Assembly: GCA_963718235.1 (NCBI GenBank)
Contig: CAVQYR010000002.1
Location: 786,978-850,977 of the forward strand
Direction: 5' to 3'
Length of the DNA stretch: 64,000 nt
DNA from: an uncultured Actinomycetota bacterium
GTDB lineage: Bacteria > Actinomycetota > Actinomycetes > JAHEKZ01
The notes beneath the pieces were generated by a model that saw only the letters and a program-made list of their open reading frames with translations, made no database searches and was not told the origin of the DNA. The translations under genes and the position numbers were made by a program. Shown here in pieces: positions 32,352 to 41,729 of this stretch (position 1 is its first letter; each line of letters starts with the position of its first letter).

Positions 32352-32906
32352 CTACGGCGCCGGACCGAGGACCCACAGCACGACGGTCTGCCCGCCGGAG
32401 GAGTTGCGCCACCGGTGCGGCTGGGTGGCCCGGAAGGTGAGGGCGTCCCCGGCGTCGAGGACGTGGGACTGCGCCTCGACGTCGACCGTGAGCTGGCCGG
32501 AGACCACGTAGGCGAACTCGACGTCGCCGTCGAAGGTGTACAGGTCGGCGCCACTCGTGCCGTCGGGCGACAGACAGGCGCGGATGACGGTGAACCGCCG
32601 CTGGTCACCCGACGACATGACGACCTCGTCGAGGCCGTGTCCACCGAACTGGAGCGGGGAGCCCTCGTTGCGCCGGACCACCGCGGCGCTGGGCGGGTCG
32701 AACAGGTCGCCGATCCGCAGGCCGACCGCCTCGCACACGGCGAGGAGCGAGGGGACCGACGCCGACACCTCGTCACGCTCGAGCCGGCTGAGGAAGCCCT
32801 TGGTCAGCCCGGTCGTCTCGCCGACCGCTGCGATGGTCAGCCCGCGCGCATGCCGGGCGTCCCTCAGCTTCTGTCCGACGCTCGACCGGTCGGGGCGCGT
32901 GGGCAC
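32352..32906 (-). CDS. XRE-family HTH regulator with C-terminal cupin sensor domain
   Basis: HTH_3 LRDARHARGLTIAAVGETTGLTKGFLSRLE plus C-terminal cupin_2. Confidence 0.75.
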   Translation of the reverse strand: MPTRPDRSSVGQKLRDARHARGLTIAAVGETTGLTKGFLSRLERDEVSASVPSLLAVCEAVGLRIGDLFDPPSAAVVRRNEGSPLQFGGHGLDEVVMSSGDQRRFTVIRACLSPDGTSGADLYTFDGDVEFAYVVSGQLTVDVEAQSHVLDAGDALTFRATQPHRWRNSSGGQTVVLWVLGPAP

Positions 32907-32914
32907 GGGCGGCC

Positions 32915-34306
32915 TCAGCCGTGGATGAGCTTCTCGAACGTGCGGGCGATGACTGAGGGGCGCCCGGTGCGAGCCTCCTCGGGATCAGCCGCCCCCATGG
33001 CGGTGAGCCCCGCGTTGACGCCGAGCCACCGCAGGGGTTCCGGCTCCCACTTGCGGGAACGGCGGTTCACCCACGGCAGCGTGGTGAGGTCGGTGTCCCG
33101 TCCGAGGATGAGGTCGGCCAGGGTCTGGCCTCCGAGGTGGGAGGTGCCCACGCCGTCGCCGACGTACCCGGCCGACCAGCCGAGCCCGGTGGCCTGGTCG
33201 AGCCCGACGGTGGCCCACCAGTCGCGGGCGATCCCGAGGGGGCCGCCCCACCGTGCGGTGACCTCGGCGTCGGCGACCTCGGGGAAGAGGTCGGCCAAGG
33301 TGCGTTGCAGCCAGGCGAACACCTTCTCGTCGCGGTCGAACTCCGGGTTCACCCGCGACCTGAAGTGGTAGGGCGCACCCCGGCCGCCGAAGGCGAAGCG
33401 GCCGTCGGCGGTGCGCTGCCCGTAGATGACCATGTTGCGCAGGTCGGCGAAGGTCTGCCGCTGGGACAGCCCGATCCGGCTCCAGGCCGCCTCGCTGAGC
33501 GGCTCGGTGGCGATCATCAGCGAGTACATCGGGATGACGTCGCGCTGGTGGCCGGGGAGGGTGGGTGTGTATCCCTCGGTGGCGCGCACCACGTAGGGCG
33601 CACGAACGTCTCCGCGGGTGGTGCGGACCACGCCGGGCTCGATCGCCGTGGCGGCGGTGTGCTCGTGGACGACCCCGCCACGACGCTCGACCGCCTCGGC
33701 CAGCTGACGGACGAGCTTCGCCGGGTGGATGGCCGCGGTGTGCGGGGTGTAGAAGCCACCCACGACACCCTGCGCCGCCGCCTGCTGCCTCGCCTCGTCG
33801 GCGGACAGCAGCCGGTAGTCCTCGTCGCCGAACCCCCACTGCCTGGCGTGCTCGACCTCGGCCCGCGCCTTGGCCAGCTGGACGTCACTGCGGGCGAGCA
33901 GCACCGTTCCGCCCTTGGCCCAGTCGACCGACATCTGCTCGGCCTCGACGACCCGCCCCACCTCGTCGACCGTGTCGAACATGGCCCGCTGCAGGCGCAC
34001 CGCCTCCTCGCGCGAGGACTCGTGGGCGATCTTGTCCCAGGTGGCCGGGAACAGCGACGAGCACCATCCGCCGTTGCGCCCGGACGCGCCGTAACCGGCG
34101 AGCTCCTTCTCGACGACGACCACGCGCAGCGTCGGGTCGTTGACGAGGAGGTAGTACGCGGTCCACAGACCGGTGTAGCCGGCTCCGACGATCGCGACGT
34201 CCGCCTCCACCGGCCCGGGTAGCGGCGCGCGAGGGGTGATGGGGTCGGGAAGCGTGCCCCACCAGAAGGACAGGCCGCGTGGGTCGGTCAGGGAGACGGG
34301 GCTCAT
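32915..34306 (-). CDS. FAD-dependent oxidoreductase (DAO family, gamma-glutamylputrescine-oxidase-like)
   Basis: VAIVGAGYTGLWTAYYL dinucleotide fold, GRNGGWCSS. ATGA overlap with the upstream PNPOx-like gene. Confidence 0.75.
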   Translation of the reverse strand: MSPVSLTDPRGLSFWWGTLPDPITPRAPLPGPVEADVAIVGAGYTGLWTAYYLLVNDPTLRVVVVEKELAGYGASGRNGGWCSSLFPATWDKIAHESSREEAVRLQRAMFDTVDEVGRVVEAEQMSVDWAKGGTVLLARSDVQLAKARAEVEHARQWGFGDEDYRLLSADEARQQAAAQGVVGGFYTPHTAAIHPAKLVRQLAEAVERRGGVVHEHTAATAIEPGVVRTTRGDVRAPYVVRATEGYTPTLPGHQRDVIPMYSLMIATEPLSEAAWSRIGLSQRQTFADLRNMVIYGQRTADGRFAFGGRGAPYHFRSRVNPEFDRDEKVFAWLQRTLADLFPEVADAEVTARWGGPLGIARDWWATVGLDQATGLGWSAGYVGDGVGTSHLGGQTLADLILGRDTDLTTLPWVNRRSRKWEPEPLRWLGVNAGLTAMGAADPEEARTGRPSVIARTFEKLIHG

Positions 34307-34962
34307 CGGGTCCACTTCCGGACGTAGGACGGGATCGGGTAGGGGGCGGCCAGGTCGGGGGCCGGGACGGGGCGTCCGAGCACCTCGGTCATGGGGACTA
34401 CCCCGGCCCAGATCGGCAGGCTCAGGTCGTCCGGCTCGTCGGTCGGCGGACCGTCGGCGATCTTCACGGAGGTCTCGTCGAGGGGCAGGGCGAGGACCAA
34501 GGTCGCGGCGAGCTCCTTCTTGCTGGGGTGTCGGGCCTCCTGCCAGCGACCGGGCAGCAGGTGCTCGGTGATGAGGTGCAGCGCCTCTGACTTGGCCGGA
34601 CCGGTCACCTTCGTCGCCACGCCCAGAACCATGGCACTGCGGTAGTGCATCGACGACTCGAAGGTCGAGCGGGCAAGGACCAGCCCGTCCAGGAGGGTCA
34701 CCGTCAGGCAGGTCGGCTGGCCGCCGGCGAGGCCGCGGAACAGTCGGCTGCCCGTGGAGCCGTGGAACAGGACCTGCTCACCGTCTCGTGCGTAGGCGAC
34801 GGGGACGACGTACGGCTGCCCGGCGTCGTCGCGCACGGCCAGGTGGGCCACCAGCCCGGCGTCGAGAACGGCGTGCAGGGCCGCGCGGTCGCGGACCGTC
34901 TTCTCGGGGAGCCGGCGGATCTTGGTGCGCTTCGTCGACCCCGGAGGCGGTGGCGTGGTCAT
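34303..34962 (-). CDS. pyridoxamine 5'-phosphate oxidase-family FMN-binding protein
   Basis: PNPOx-like split-barrel pattern. Start placed downstream of the 34989-35034 hairpin. Confidence 0.55.
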   Translation of the reverse strand: MTTPPPPGSTKRTKIRRLPEKTVRDRAALHAVLDAGLVAHLAVRDDAGQPYVVPVAYARDGEQVLFHGSTGSRLFRGLAGGQPTCLTVTLLDGLVLARSTFESSMHYRSAMVLGVATKVTGPAKSEALHLITEHLLPGRWQEARHPSKKELAATLVLALPLDETSVKIADGPPTDEPDDLSLPIWAGVVPMTEVLGRPVPAPDLAAPYPIPSYVRKWTR

Positions 34963-34988
34963 GGTGTCTCCCGTCATGGCGTCCGTTG

Positions 34989-35034
34989 CACGGCGTGGGG
35001 CTCGCGACGTCGTCGCCGCGAGCCCCACGCCGTG
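34989..35034 (-). terminator. 46-nt near-perfect palindrome (18-bp GC stem, 10-nt loop) downstream of the aminotransferase gene
   Basis: cacggcgtggggctcgcg ... cgcgagccccacgccgtg. Confidence 0.4.
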
Positions 35035-35051
35035 AGAACCGTTCTGACCGC

Positions 35052-36449
35052 TTAGAGGATGCCCCAGGCCTCGGTGAGGACCGAGCGAAGGATCTGCTCG
35101 ATCTCGTCGAACTCCTTCTGACCGACGATCAGCGGCGGCGCGAGCTGGATGACGGGGTCGCCGCGGTCGTCGGCCCGGCAGTACAGGCCGTTGTCGTACA
35201 GCGCCTTGGACAAGAAGCCACGCAGGAGCCGCTCGGCCTCGTCGTCGTCGAACGTCTCCTTGGTCGCCTTGTCCTTGACCAGCTCGATCCCGTAGAAGTA
35301 GCCGGCGCCTCGGACGTCGCCGACGATCGGTAGGTCGTTGAGCTTCTCCAAGGTCGACCGGAACGCACCCTCGTTGGCCTGGACGTGCTCGTTGAGCCCT
35401 TCGCGGGCGAAGATGTCGAGGTTGGCGAGGGCGACGGCGGCAGCAACCGGGTGACCGCCCCAGGTGTACCCGTGGGCGAAGTAGTTCGTACCGGTGGCGA
35501 ACGGCTCGAACAGGCGGTCGCTCACGATCATCGCGCCCAGTGGTGCGTAGCCGGAGGTGAGCCCCTTCGCCGAGGTGATGATGTCCGGCGTCACGCCGTA
35601 GCGCTTGGTGGCGAAGTAGTCGCCGATCCGGCCGTAGGCACAGATGGTCTCGTCCGACACGTAGAGCACGTCGTACTGGTCGCAGATCTCGCGCACCCGC
35701 TGGAGGTACCCCGGCGGCGGCGGGAAGCAGCCTCCTGAGTTCTGCACCGGCTCGAGGAACACCGCGGCCACGGTGTCCGGACCCTCGAACAAGATGGCCT
35801 CCTCGATCCGGTCGGCGGCCCAGCGGCCGAACGCCGTGAGGTCGTCACCGTGCTCGGGCGCGCGGTAGAAGTTGGTGTTCGGCACCTTGACCGCGCTGGG
35901 GACCAGCGGCTCGAAGTACATCTTGGCGTCGGGGATCCCCGTGATCGACAGGGCGCCGTGCGGCGTGCCGTGGTAGGCGATCGAGCGACTGATCACCTTG
36001 TGCTTCATGGGCTTGCCGGTGAGCTTGAAGTACTGCTTGGCCAGCTTCCAGGCGCTCTCGACCGCCTCGCCCCCACCGGAGGTGAAGAAGACCCGGTTGA
36101 GGTCGCCGGGCGCGAGCTCGGCCAAGCGGTCGGCGAGCTCGATCGCGGCCGGGTGGGCGTAGGACCAGATCGGGAAGAAGGCGAGCTCGCTGGCCTGCTT
36201 GGCCATCACCTCGGCCAGCTCGGTGCGTCCGTGCCCTGCCTGGACCACGAACAGCCCGGCGAGGCCGTCGAGGTACTTCTTGCCCTGGTCGTCCCAGATG
36301 TAGGCGCCGTCGCCCCGGGTGATCACGGGGACGTGACCTCCTTGGGTGTACGTCGACATCCGGGTGAAGTGCATCCAGAGGTGGTCGCGGGCCTTGTCGG
36401 CCAGCTCGTCGTCGCCGCTCTCGGCCACGAACTGCGGTGAAACGGTCAT
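35052..36449 (-). CDS. class III pyridoxal-phosphate aminotransferase (omega-amino acid / putrescine / beta-alanine:pyruvate type)
   Basis: Full-length class-III fold with conserved Lys region ITSAKGLTSGYAPLGA. Confidence 0.8.
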   Translation of the reverse strand: MTVSPQFVAESGDDELADKARDHLWMHFTRMSTYTQGGHVPVITRGDGAYIWDDQGKKYLDGLAGLFVVQAGHGRTELAEVMAKQASELAFFPIWSYAHPAAIELADRLAELAPGDLNRVFFTSGGGEAVESAWKLAKQYFKLTGKPMKHKVISRSIAYHGTPHGALSITGIPDAKMYFEPLVPSAVKVPNTNFYRAPEHGDDLTAFGRWAADRIEEAILFEGPDTVAAVFLEPVQNSGGCFPPPPGYLQRVREICDQYDVLYVSDETICAYGRIGDYFATKRYGVTPDIITSAKGLTSGYAPLGAMIVSDRLFEPFATGTNYFAHGYTWGGHPVAAAVALANLDIFAREGLNEHVQANEGAFRSTLEKLNDLPIVGDVRGAGYFYGIELVKDKATKETFDDDEAERLLRGFLSKALYDNGLYCRADDRGDPVIQLAPPLIVGQKEFDEIEQILRSVLTEAWGIL

Positions 36450-36928
36450 CGGGTTCCCCAGGTGTAGATCTGTTTACGGAGCTTCAGGTAGACGAAGCTT
36501 TCGGTGTGGCGGACGCCGGGGATGCCCCGGATCCGACGGTTGATCACGTCGAGCAGGTGGTCGTCGTCCTCGCAGACGACTTCGACGAGGATGTCGTACG
36601 CGCCGGCGGTGATCACGACGTAGTCGACCTCCGGCATGGCCTCGAGCTTCTCGGCGACGACTTCCATGTCGCCCTCGACCCGGACCCCGATCATCGCCAT
36701 CCGGGTGAAGCCCACGGACAGCGGGTCAGTGACCGCGACGATCTGCATCGCTCCGGAGTCCAGCAGACGCTGGACCCGTTGGCGCACCGCGGCCTCGGAG
36801 AGACCGACGGCCTTGCCGATGGCGGCATAGGGACGTCGGCCGTCCTCCTGGAGCTGCTCGATGATCGCCTTCGACACGTCGTCGAGGACGCTCCCGTTGC
36901 TCCGGTCGCGGCTGGCCACGGGAAGCAT
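36446..36928 (-). CDS. Lrp/AsnC-family transcriptional regulator
   Basis: LDDVSKAIIEQLQEDGRRPYAAIGKAVGLSEAAVRQRVQRL HTH plus RAM domain. ATGA overlap with the aminotransferase. Confidence 0.75.
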   Translation of the reverse strand: MLPVASRDRSNGSVLDDVSKAIIEQLQEDGRRPYAAIGKAVGLSEAAVRQRVQRLLDSGAMQIVAVTDPLSVGFTRMAMIGVRVEGDMEVVAEKLEAMPEVDYVVITAGAYDILVEVVCEDDDHLLDVINRRIRGIPGVRHTESFVYLKLRKQIYTWGTR

Positions 36929-37090
36929 CCTGGCCAACGGAAGTGGCCTTTGGCAAGTGAATCCGCAGCAGAACCGACGTTCCTCGACTGATTCAGTCTG
37001 TCGATCCGCAGAATCCTGCCGGAATCTGTCGCAACCGAGCCCGGAGGTCTAGGCTGGGGGGGACGGTCCCCGTGCGACGTGGCGACCGCC

Positions 37091-37126
37091 CAGAACCAGC
37101 CCAAGAACCAGCCCAAAGACCAGCCC
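37091..37126 (+). repeat. three tandem copies of a 12-mer (c/a)AGAACCAGCCC directly upstream of the ALDH RBS
   Basis: cagaaccagccc aagaaccagccc aaagaccagccc, then AAGGAG, then GTG. Confidence 0.5.
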
Positions 37127-37142
37127 CGTGCAAGGAGACCCC

Positions 37143-38585
37143 GTGAGCGACCGCGTGTACCGCAACTTCATCAACGGCGAGTCCGTCGACTCCGCCGACG
37201 GCCAGATGATGGATCTGGTCAACCCCACCACCGGCGAGGTCTACGCCCAGGCCGCCAACTCCGGCGCTGAGGACGTCGACCGTGCCTTCGGCGCCGCCGC
37301 AGCCGCCTTCGAGACCTGGAAGGACAGCACGCCGTCCGAGCGGTCGCTGGCGCTGCTGAAGATCGCCGACGCGATCGAGGCCCACGCCGACGAGCTGGTC
37401 GCCCTCGAGAGCGAGAACACCGGGAAGCCGCTGGCCCTGACCCTGAGCGACGAGATCCCTCCCATGGTCGACCAGATCCGGTTCTTCGCCGGGGCCGCGC
37501 GCAACCTGGAGGGTCGGGCTGCCGCGGAGTACATGGCCGGGCACACCTCGATGATCCGGCGCGAGCCGGTCGGAGTGGTCGGTCAGGTCGCACCGTGGAA
37601 CTACCCGATGATGATGGCCACCTGGAAGTACGCGCCGGCGGTCGCGGCCGGTTGCACGACGGTGCTCAAGCCTTCGGACACCACTCCCGTCTCGACCGTC
37701 CGGATGGCCGAGATCGCAGCCGAGTTCCTCCCGCCGGGCGTCCTCAACGTGGTGACCGGCGACCGTGACACCGGTCGGGCACTGGTCGACCACCCGACCC
37801 CGCGCCTGATCTCCATCACCGGGTCCACCCGGGCCGGCATGCAGATCGCCGAGGCCGCGAGCAAGGACCTCAAGCGGCTGCACCTGGAGCTCGGAGGCAA
37901 GGCGCCGGTCATCATCTTCGACGACGCCGACATCGCCGCCGCAGCCGAGGCCATCGCGGTGGCCGGCTACTTCAACGCCGGCCAGGACTGCACGGCAGCG
38001 ACTCGAGTCATCGCCGCTCCCGGCGTCTACGACGACTTCGTCGCCGCGCTCACCGAGCAGGCGGCCGGCGTGGTCACGACCTACGACAACGGACCGTCCG
38101 ACGAGGACGCCCTGCTGCCCCCGGTGAACAACATCAACCAGTACGAGAGGGTGCTCGGCTTCTTCGACCGGCTGCCGGACCACGCACGGATCACCACCGG
38201 TGGCGAGAAGATCGGTGACCACGGCTTCTTCATCAAGCCCAGCGTGATCGCTGACGTGCGTCAGGACGACGAGGTCATCCAGAGCGAGATCTTCGGCCCG
38301 GTGATCACCGTGCAGAAGTTCGGTGACGAGGCCGAAGCCCTGCGCTACGCGAACGGCGTCGACTACGGCCTGGCGTCGAGTGTGTGGACCCGTGACTTCG
38401 GTCGAGCGATGCGCATGGCCAAGGGGCTCGACTTCGGCTGCGTGTGGATCAACACCCACATCCCGCTGGTCGCCGAGATGCCGCACGGTGGCTTCAAGCA
38501 CTCCGGGTACGGCAAGGACCTCTCGATGTACGGGTTCGACGACTACACGCGCGTCAAGCACGTGATGGCGAACATCGACTCCTGA
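37143..38585 (+). CDS. NAD-dependent aldehyde dehydrogenase (gamma-aminobutyraldehyde / betaine-aldehyde DH-like)
   Basis: AAGGAG RBS 5 nt before GTG. ELGGKAP and catalytic Cys region GQDCTAA. Confidence 0.8.
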   Translation: MSDRVYRNFINGESVDSADGQMMDLVNPTTGEVYAQAANSGAEDVDRAFGAAAAAFETWKDSTPSERSLALLKIADAIEAHADELVALESENTGKPLALTLSDEIPPMVDQIRFFAGAARNLEGRAAAEYMAGHTSMIRREPVGVVGQVAPWNYPMMMATWKYAPAVAAGCTTVLKPSDTTPVSTVRMAEIAAEFLPPGVLNVVTGDRDTGRALVDHPTPRLISITGSTRAGMQIAEAASKDLKRLHLELGGKAPVIIFDDADIAAAAEAIAVAGYFNAGQDCTAATRVIAAPGVYDDFVAALTEQAAGVVTTYDNGPSDEDALLPPVNNINQYERVLGFFDRLPDHARITTGGEKIGDHGFFIKPSVIADVRQDDEVIQSEIFGPVITVQKFGDEAEALRYANGVDYGLASSVWTRDFGRAMRMAKGLDFGCVWINTHIPLVAEMPHGGFKHSGYGKDLSMYGFDDYTRVKHVMANIDS

Positions 38586-38597
38586 CCGAAGTCCAAC

Positions 38598-38638
38598 CAG
38601 TGAGGGGGAGTGTGCGCACCGCACGCTCCCCCTCACTG
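38598..38638 (+). terminator. strong hairpin (about 19-bp stem, 3-nt loop) 12 nt after the ALDH stop
   Basis: cagtgagggggagtgtgcg cac cgcacgctccccctcactg. Confidence 0.5.
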
Positions 38639-38958
38639 TGTTGCGCTGCGGAACGGATCCAGGGCCAGCAGAGTCGTGCGGTGGGTCCGACGCTCGAGTG
38701 TCCCGGTCCCGTTCGAGCAGCCGGTGCAGGGCGAGCGCAGCCGCGCTGCGTTCGACGAGCAGGACGTCCGGCGGCCTGCCAAGACGCCCGCGGAGGGTGT
38801 CCTTTCCGGGGTGTCGCGGGGTCCCGACAGCCTCTGAATCCGTTGCAGGGCCTTGACGACGCCACGGAATCCCTTGTCACCTCGTGCGCTCTCTGTCAGG
38901 ATCGGCGGCCGGGACGTGACGTTCAGGGGCGCCGCACGTCGCGGCTGAGGAGGTGCAC

Positions 38959-40443
38959 GTGAGCGGCAGTCAGTACATCGCCGGGCGACGAGTGTCAGGC
39001 ACGTCAGGCACCAGCCACGACCTGATCGACCCGTCGAACGGGGAGGTCATCACCGAGCTCGACCTGGCCGGTCCTGACGACGTCGACGCCGCAGTGGCCG
39101 CGGCCAAGGCAGCGTTCCCCGAGTGGGCGGGAGCGACCCCGGCGGCGCGCTCAGACGCGCTCCATCGCTTCTCCGCCGTGCTGGCCGAGCGCGCCGCCGA
39201 GCTCGCGGAGGTCGAGAGCCGCCAAGCGGGCAAGCCGATCAAGCTCACGACCGAGTTCGACGTGCCGGGCACGATCGACAACACCTCGTTCTTCGCGGGT
39301 GCCGCACGCAACCTCGAGGGAAAGGCCAGTGGCGAGTACAGCGGTGACCACACGTCGTCGATCCGTCGCGAGCCGATCGGGGTGGTCGGCTCGATCGCGC
39401 CGTGGAACTACCCCCTCCAGATGGCTGGATGGAAGGTGCTGCCGGCGATCGCCGCGGGCAACACCATCGTCCTGAAGCCGGCCGAGCTCACCCCGCTCAC
39501 GTCCCTCATGTTCGCCGAGGCCGCGACGGCAGCCGGGATCCCAGACGGCGTGGTGAACGTCCTGACCGGCCGGGGCTCCGTCGCCGGGCAGCACCTGATG
39601 GCCCACCCCGATGTGTCGATGGTGTCGTTCACCGGCTCCACGCCGGTCGGGCAGCAGGTGATGCAGACCGCCGCTGGGACGGTGAAACGGGTGCACCTCG
39701 AGCTCGGTGGCAAGGCACCCTTCGTGGTCTTCGACGACGCCGACCTCGATGCTGCGGTGAACGGTGCCGTTGCCGGCTCGCTGATCAACAGCGGCCAGGA
39801 CTGCACGGCGGCCACGCGGGCCTACGTCCAGCGACCGTTGTACGACGCGTTCGTGCAGGGAGTCGGCGACGTCATGCGTACCGTCCGGCTCGGGCCGACG
39901 GCAGACCCGAGCACCGACCAGGGGCCGCTGATCTCGCGCAGGCAGCAGGCCAACGTCGCAGGCTTCGTCGACCGCGCGCGAGGCTATGGCGCCAAGGTCG
40001 TCTGCGGCGGGTCCATCCCCGGCGGCGAGCTGTCGGTCGGCTCGTACTACGAGCCGACGCTCGTGGTCGACGTCGCGCAGGACAGCGAGATCGTCCAGCA
40101 GGAGATCTTCGGTCCCGTGCTGGTCGTGCTCCCGTTCGACAGCGACGACGACGGGTTCCGGATGGCCAACGACACGCCGTTCGGCCTGGCCGCGTCGGTG
40201 TGGACCACCGACGTGTTCCGCGCACTGCGGGGTGCCGCCGAGATCCGGTCTGGCTGCGTCTGGGTGAACGACCACATCCCGATCATCAGCGAGATGCCAC
40301 ACGGGGGTTACAAGCAGTCCGGCTTCGGCAAGGACATGAGCCAGTACTCCCTCGACGAGTACACCAACGTCAAGCACGTCATGTACGACCGGACTGCAGC
40401 CGTGCGCAAGGACTGGCACCGCACTGTCTTCGGTGACCGTTGA
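38959..40443 (+). CDS. NAD-dependent aldehyde dehydrogenase, second paralog
   Basis: GAGGAGG RBS then [11 protein letters not shown] and GQDCTAATR catalytic region. Confidence 0.8.
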   Translation: MSGSQYIAGRRVSGTSGTSHDLIDPSNGEVITELDLAGPDDVDAAVAAAKAAFPEWAGATPAARSDALHRFSAVLAERAAELAEVESRQAGKPIKLTTEFDVPGTIDNTSFFAGAARNLEGKASGEYSGDHTSSIRREPIGVVGSIAPWNYPLQMAGWKVLPAIAAGNTIVLKPAELTPLTSLMFAEAATAAGIPDGVVNVLTGRGSVAGQHLMAHPDVSMVSFTGSTPVGQQVMQTAAGTVKRVHLELGGKAPFVVFDDADLDAAVNGAVAGSLINSGQDCTAATRAYVQRPLYDAFVQGVGDVMRTVRLGPTADPSTDQGPLISRRQQANVAGFVDRARGYGAKVVCGGSIPGGELSVGSYYEPTLVVDVAQDSEIVQQEIFGPVLVVLPFDSDDDGFRMANDTPFGLAASVWTTDVFRALRGAAEIRSGCVWVNDHIPIISEMPHGGYKQSGFGKDMSQYSLDEYTNVKHVMYDRTAAVRKDWHRTVFGDR

Positions 40444-40494
40444 CACGACTCGCACGTCCGGGCTGCAGCATCCTCGTCGCGTAGGATCCACGAC

Positions 40495-41718
40495 ATGGCG
40501 GATCCTGGCGGCTCGACGTCCGTCTTCGGCGGAGGCTCACCAGACACCGGTCTGAGTGCGTTGTCCCGACGGGGATTCCTGCGCGGGGTCGGTGCTGGGG
40601 GTGTGGCGACGGCCGCCGCTGGCGTCCTCGCCGCCTGTGGCGGCGCCGCCGAGGAGCCCGATGCCAGTGGTACCGCCACACCGACACCGACCGACGCCCT
40701 TGTCATCTCCAACTGGCGTGCCTACATCGACCGGGGAACCGTCGACGGCCAGCGGGTGAGTCCCACGCTGGAGACGTTCGAGGACGAGACCGATGTGATC
40801 GTCTCGTACAACCAGGACGTCAACGACAACCAGGACTTCTTCGACAAGATCCGCAACGCCTTGGCGGCCGGCCAGCCGACCGGGCGTGACCTGTTCATGC
40901 TCACCGACTGGATGGCGGCCAAGCTCATCCGCCTCGACTACCTGCAGCCCATCGACAAGGCCAACGTCCCCAACGCCACCAACCTGATCGCCCCGCTCAC
41001 CGACGTGGTCTTCGACCCGAACCGCGACTACTCCCTGCCGTGGCAGTCAGGCCTCACCGGCATTGCGGTCAACCAGAACGTGTTCGCGGGCGACGTCACC
41101 ACCATGACCGACCTGCTGACCGACCCCCGCCTGAAGGGTCGGGTCACGGTGCTGACCGAGATGCGGGACACGATGGGGCTGCTGCTGCTGGAACAGGGTT
41201 CCAACCCCGCCGACTTCACCGTCGACGAGTGGGAGCAGGCGCTCGGGGTCCTGCAGGAAGCTGTCGACAGTGACCAGATCCGTGGGTTCACCGGCAACGA
41301 CTATCTCCAAGACCTGCAGCGCGGTGACATCGCCGCGTGCCTGGCGTGGTCGGGCGACGTCATCCAGGCGCAGTTCGAGGATCCCAAGATCCTCTTCAAC
41401 CTGCCTGAGGCCGGAGCGATGCTCTGGTCGGACAACATGCTGATCCCCAACGGTGTGCAGAACAAGCTCAACGCCGAGGCGTGGATGAACTACTACTACG
41501 ACCCCGAGGTGGCCGCGCAGCTGGCGGCCGGGGTCAGGTACATCTGTCCCGTGCAGGGGGCCCAGGACGCGATGAAGAGGATTGACAAGAGCCTGGTGGA
41601 CAACCCTCTGGTGTTTCCCACCGAGGAGGACTACGCCAAGCTCTCGGTGTTCCGTGGGCTCACCGAGGACGAAGCCACCGTCTTCACCGAGCAGTTCCTC
41701 GCCGTGCAGGGCGGCTGA
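40495..41718 (+). CDS. polyamine (PotD/PotF-type) ABC substrate-binding lipoprotein with Tat-like signal
   Basis: RRGFLRGVGAGGVATAAAGVLAACGG twin-arginine/lipobox N-terminus. PotD/F-like body. Confidence 0.7.
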   Translation: MADPGGSTSVFGGGSPDTGLSALSRRGFLRGVGAGGVATAAAGVLAACGGAAEEPDASGTATPTPTDALVISNWRAYIDRGTVDGQRVSPTLETFEDETDVIVSYNQDVNDNQDFFDKIRNALAAGQPTGRDLFMLTDWMAAKLIRLDYLQPIDKANVPNATNLIAPLTDVVFDPNRDYSLPWQSGLTGIAVNQNVFAGDVTTMTDLLTDPRLKGRVTVLTEMRDTMGLLLLEQGSNPADFTVDEWEQALGVLQEAVDSDQIRGFTGNDYLQDLQRGDIAACLAWSGDVIQAQFEDPKILFNLPEAGAMLWSDNMLIPNGVQNKLNAEAWMNYYYDPEVAAQLAAGVRYICPVQGAQDAMKRIDKSLVDNPLVFPTEEDYAKLSVFRGLTEDEATVFTEQFLAVQGG

Positions 41719-41729
41719 CGGTTGCCCGG

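Noticed and set aside
38639-38952. Several 70-170 aa ORFs in the 370-bp gap between the two ALDH genes.
   Set aside because: Overlapping in multiple frames with low-complexity translations. The region is more plausibly non-coding (terminator plus promoter of the second ALDH).
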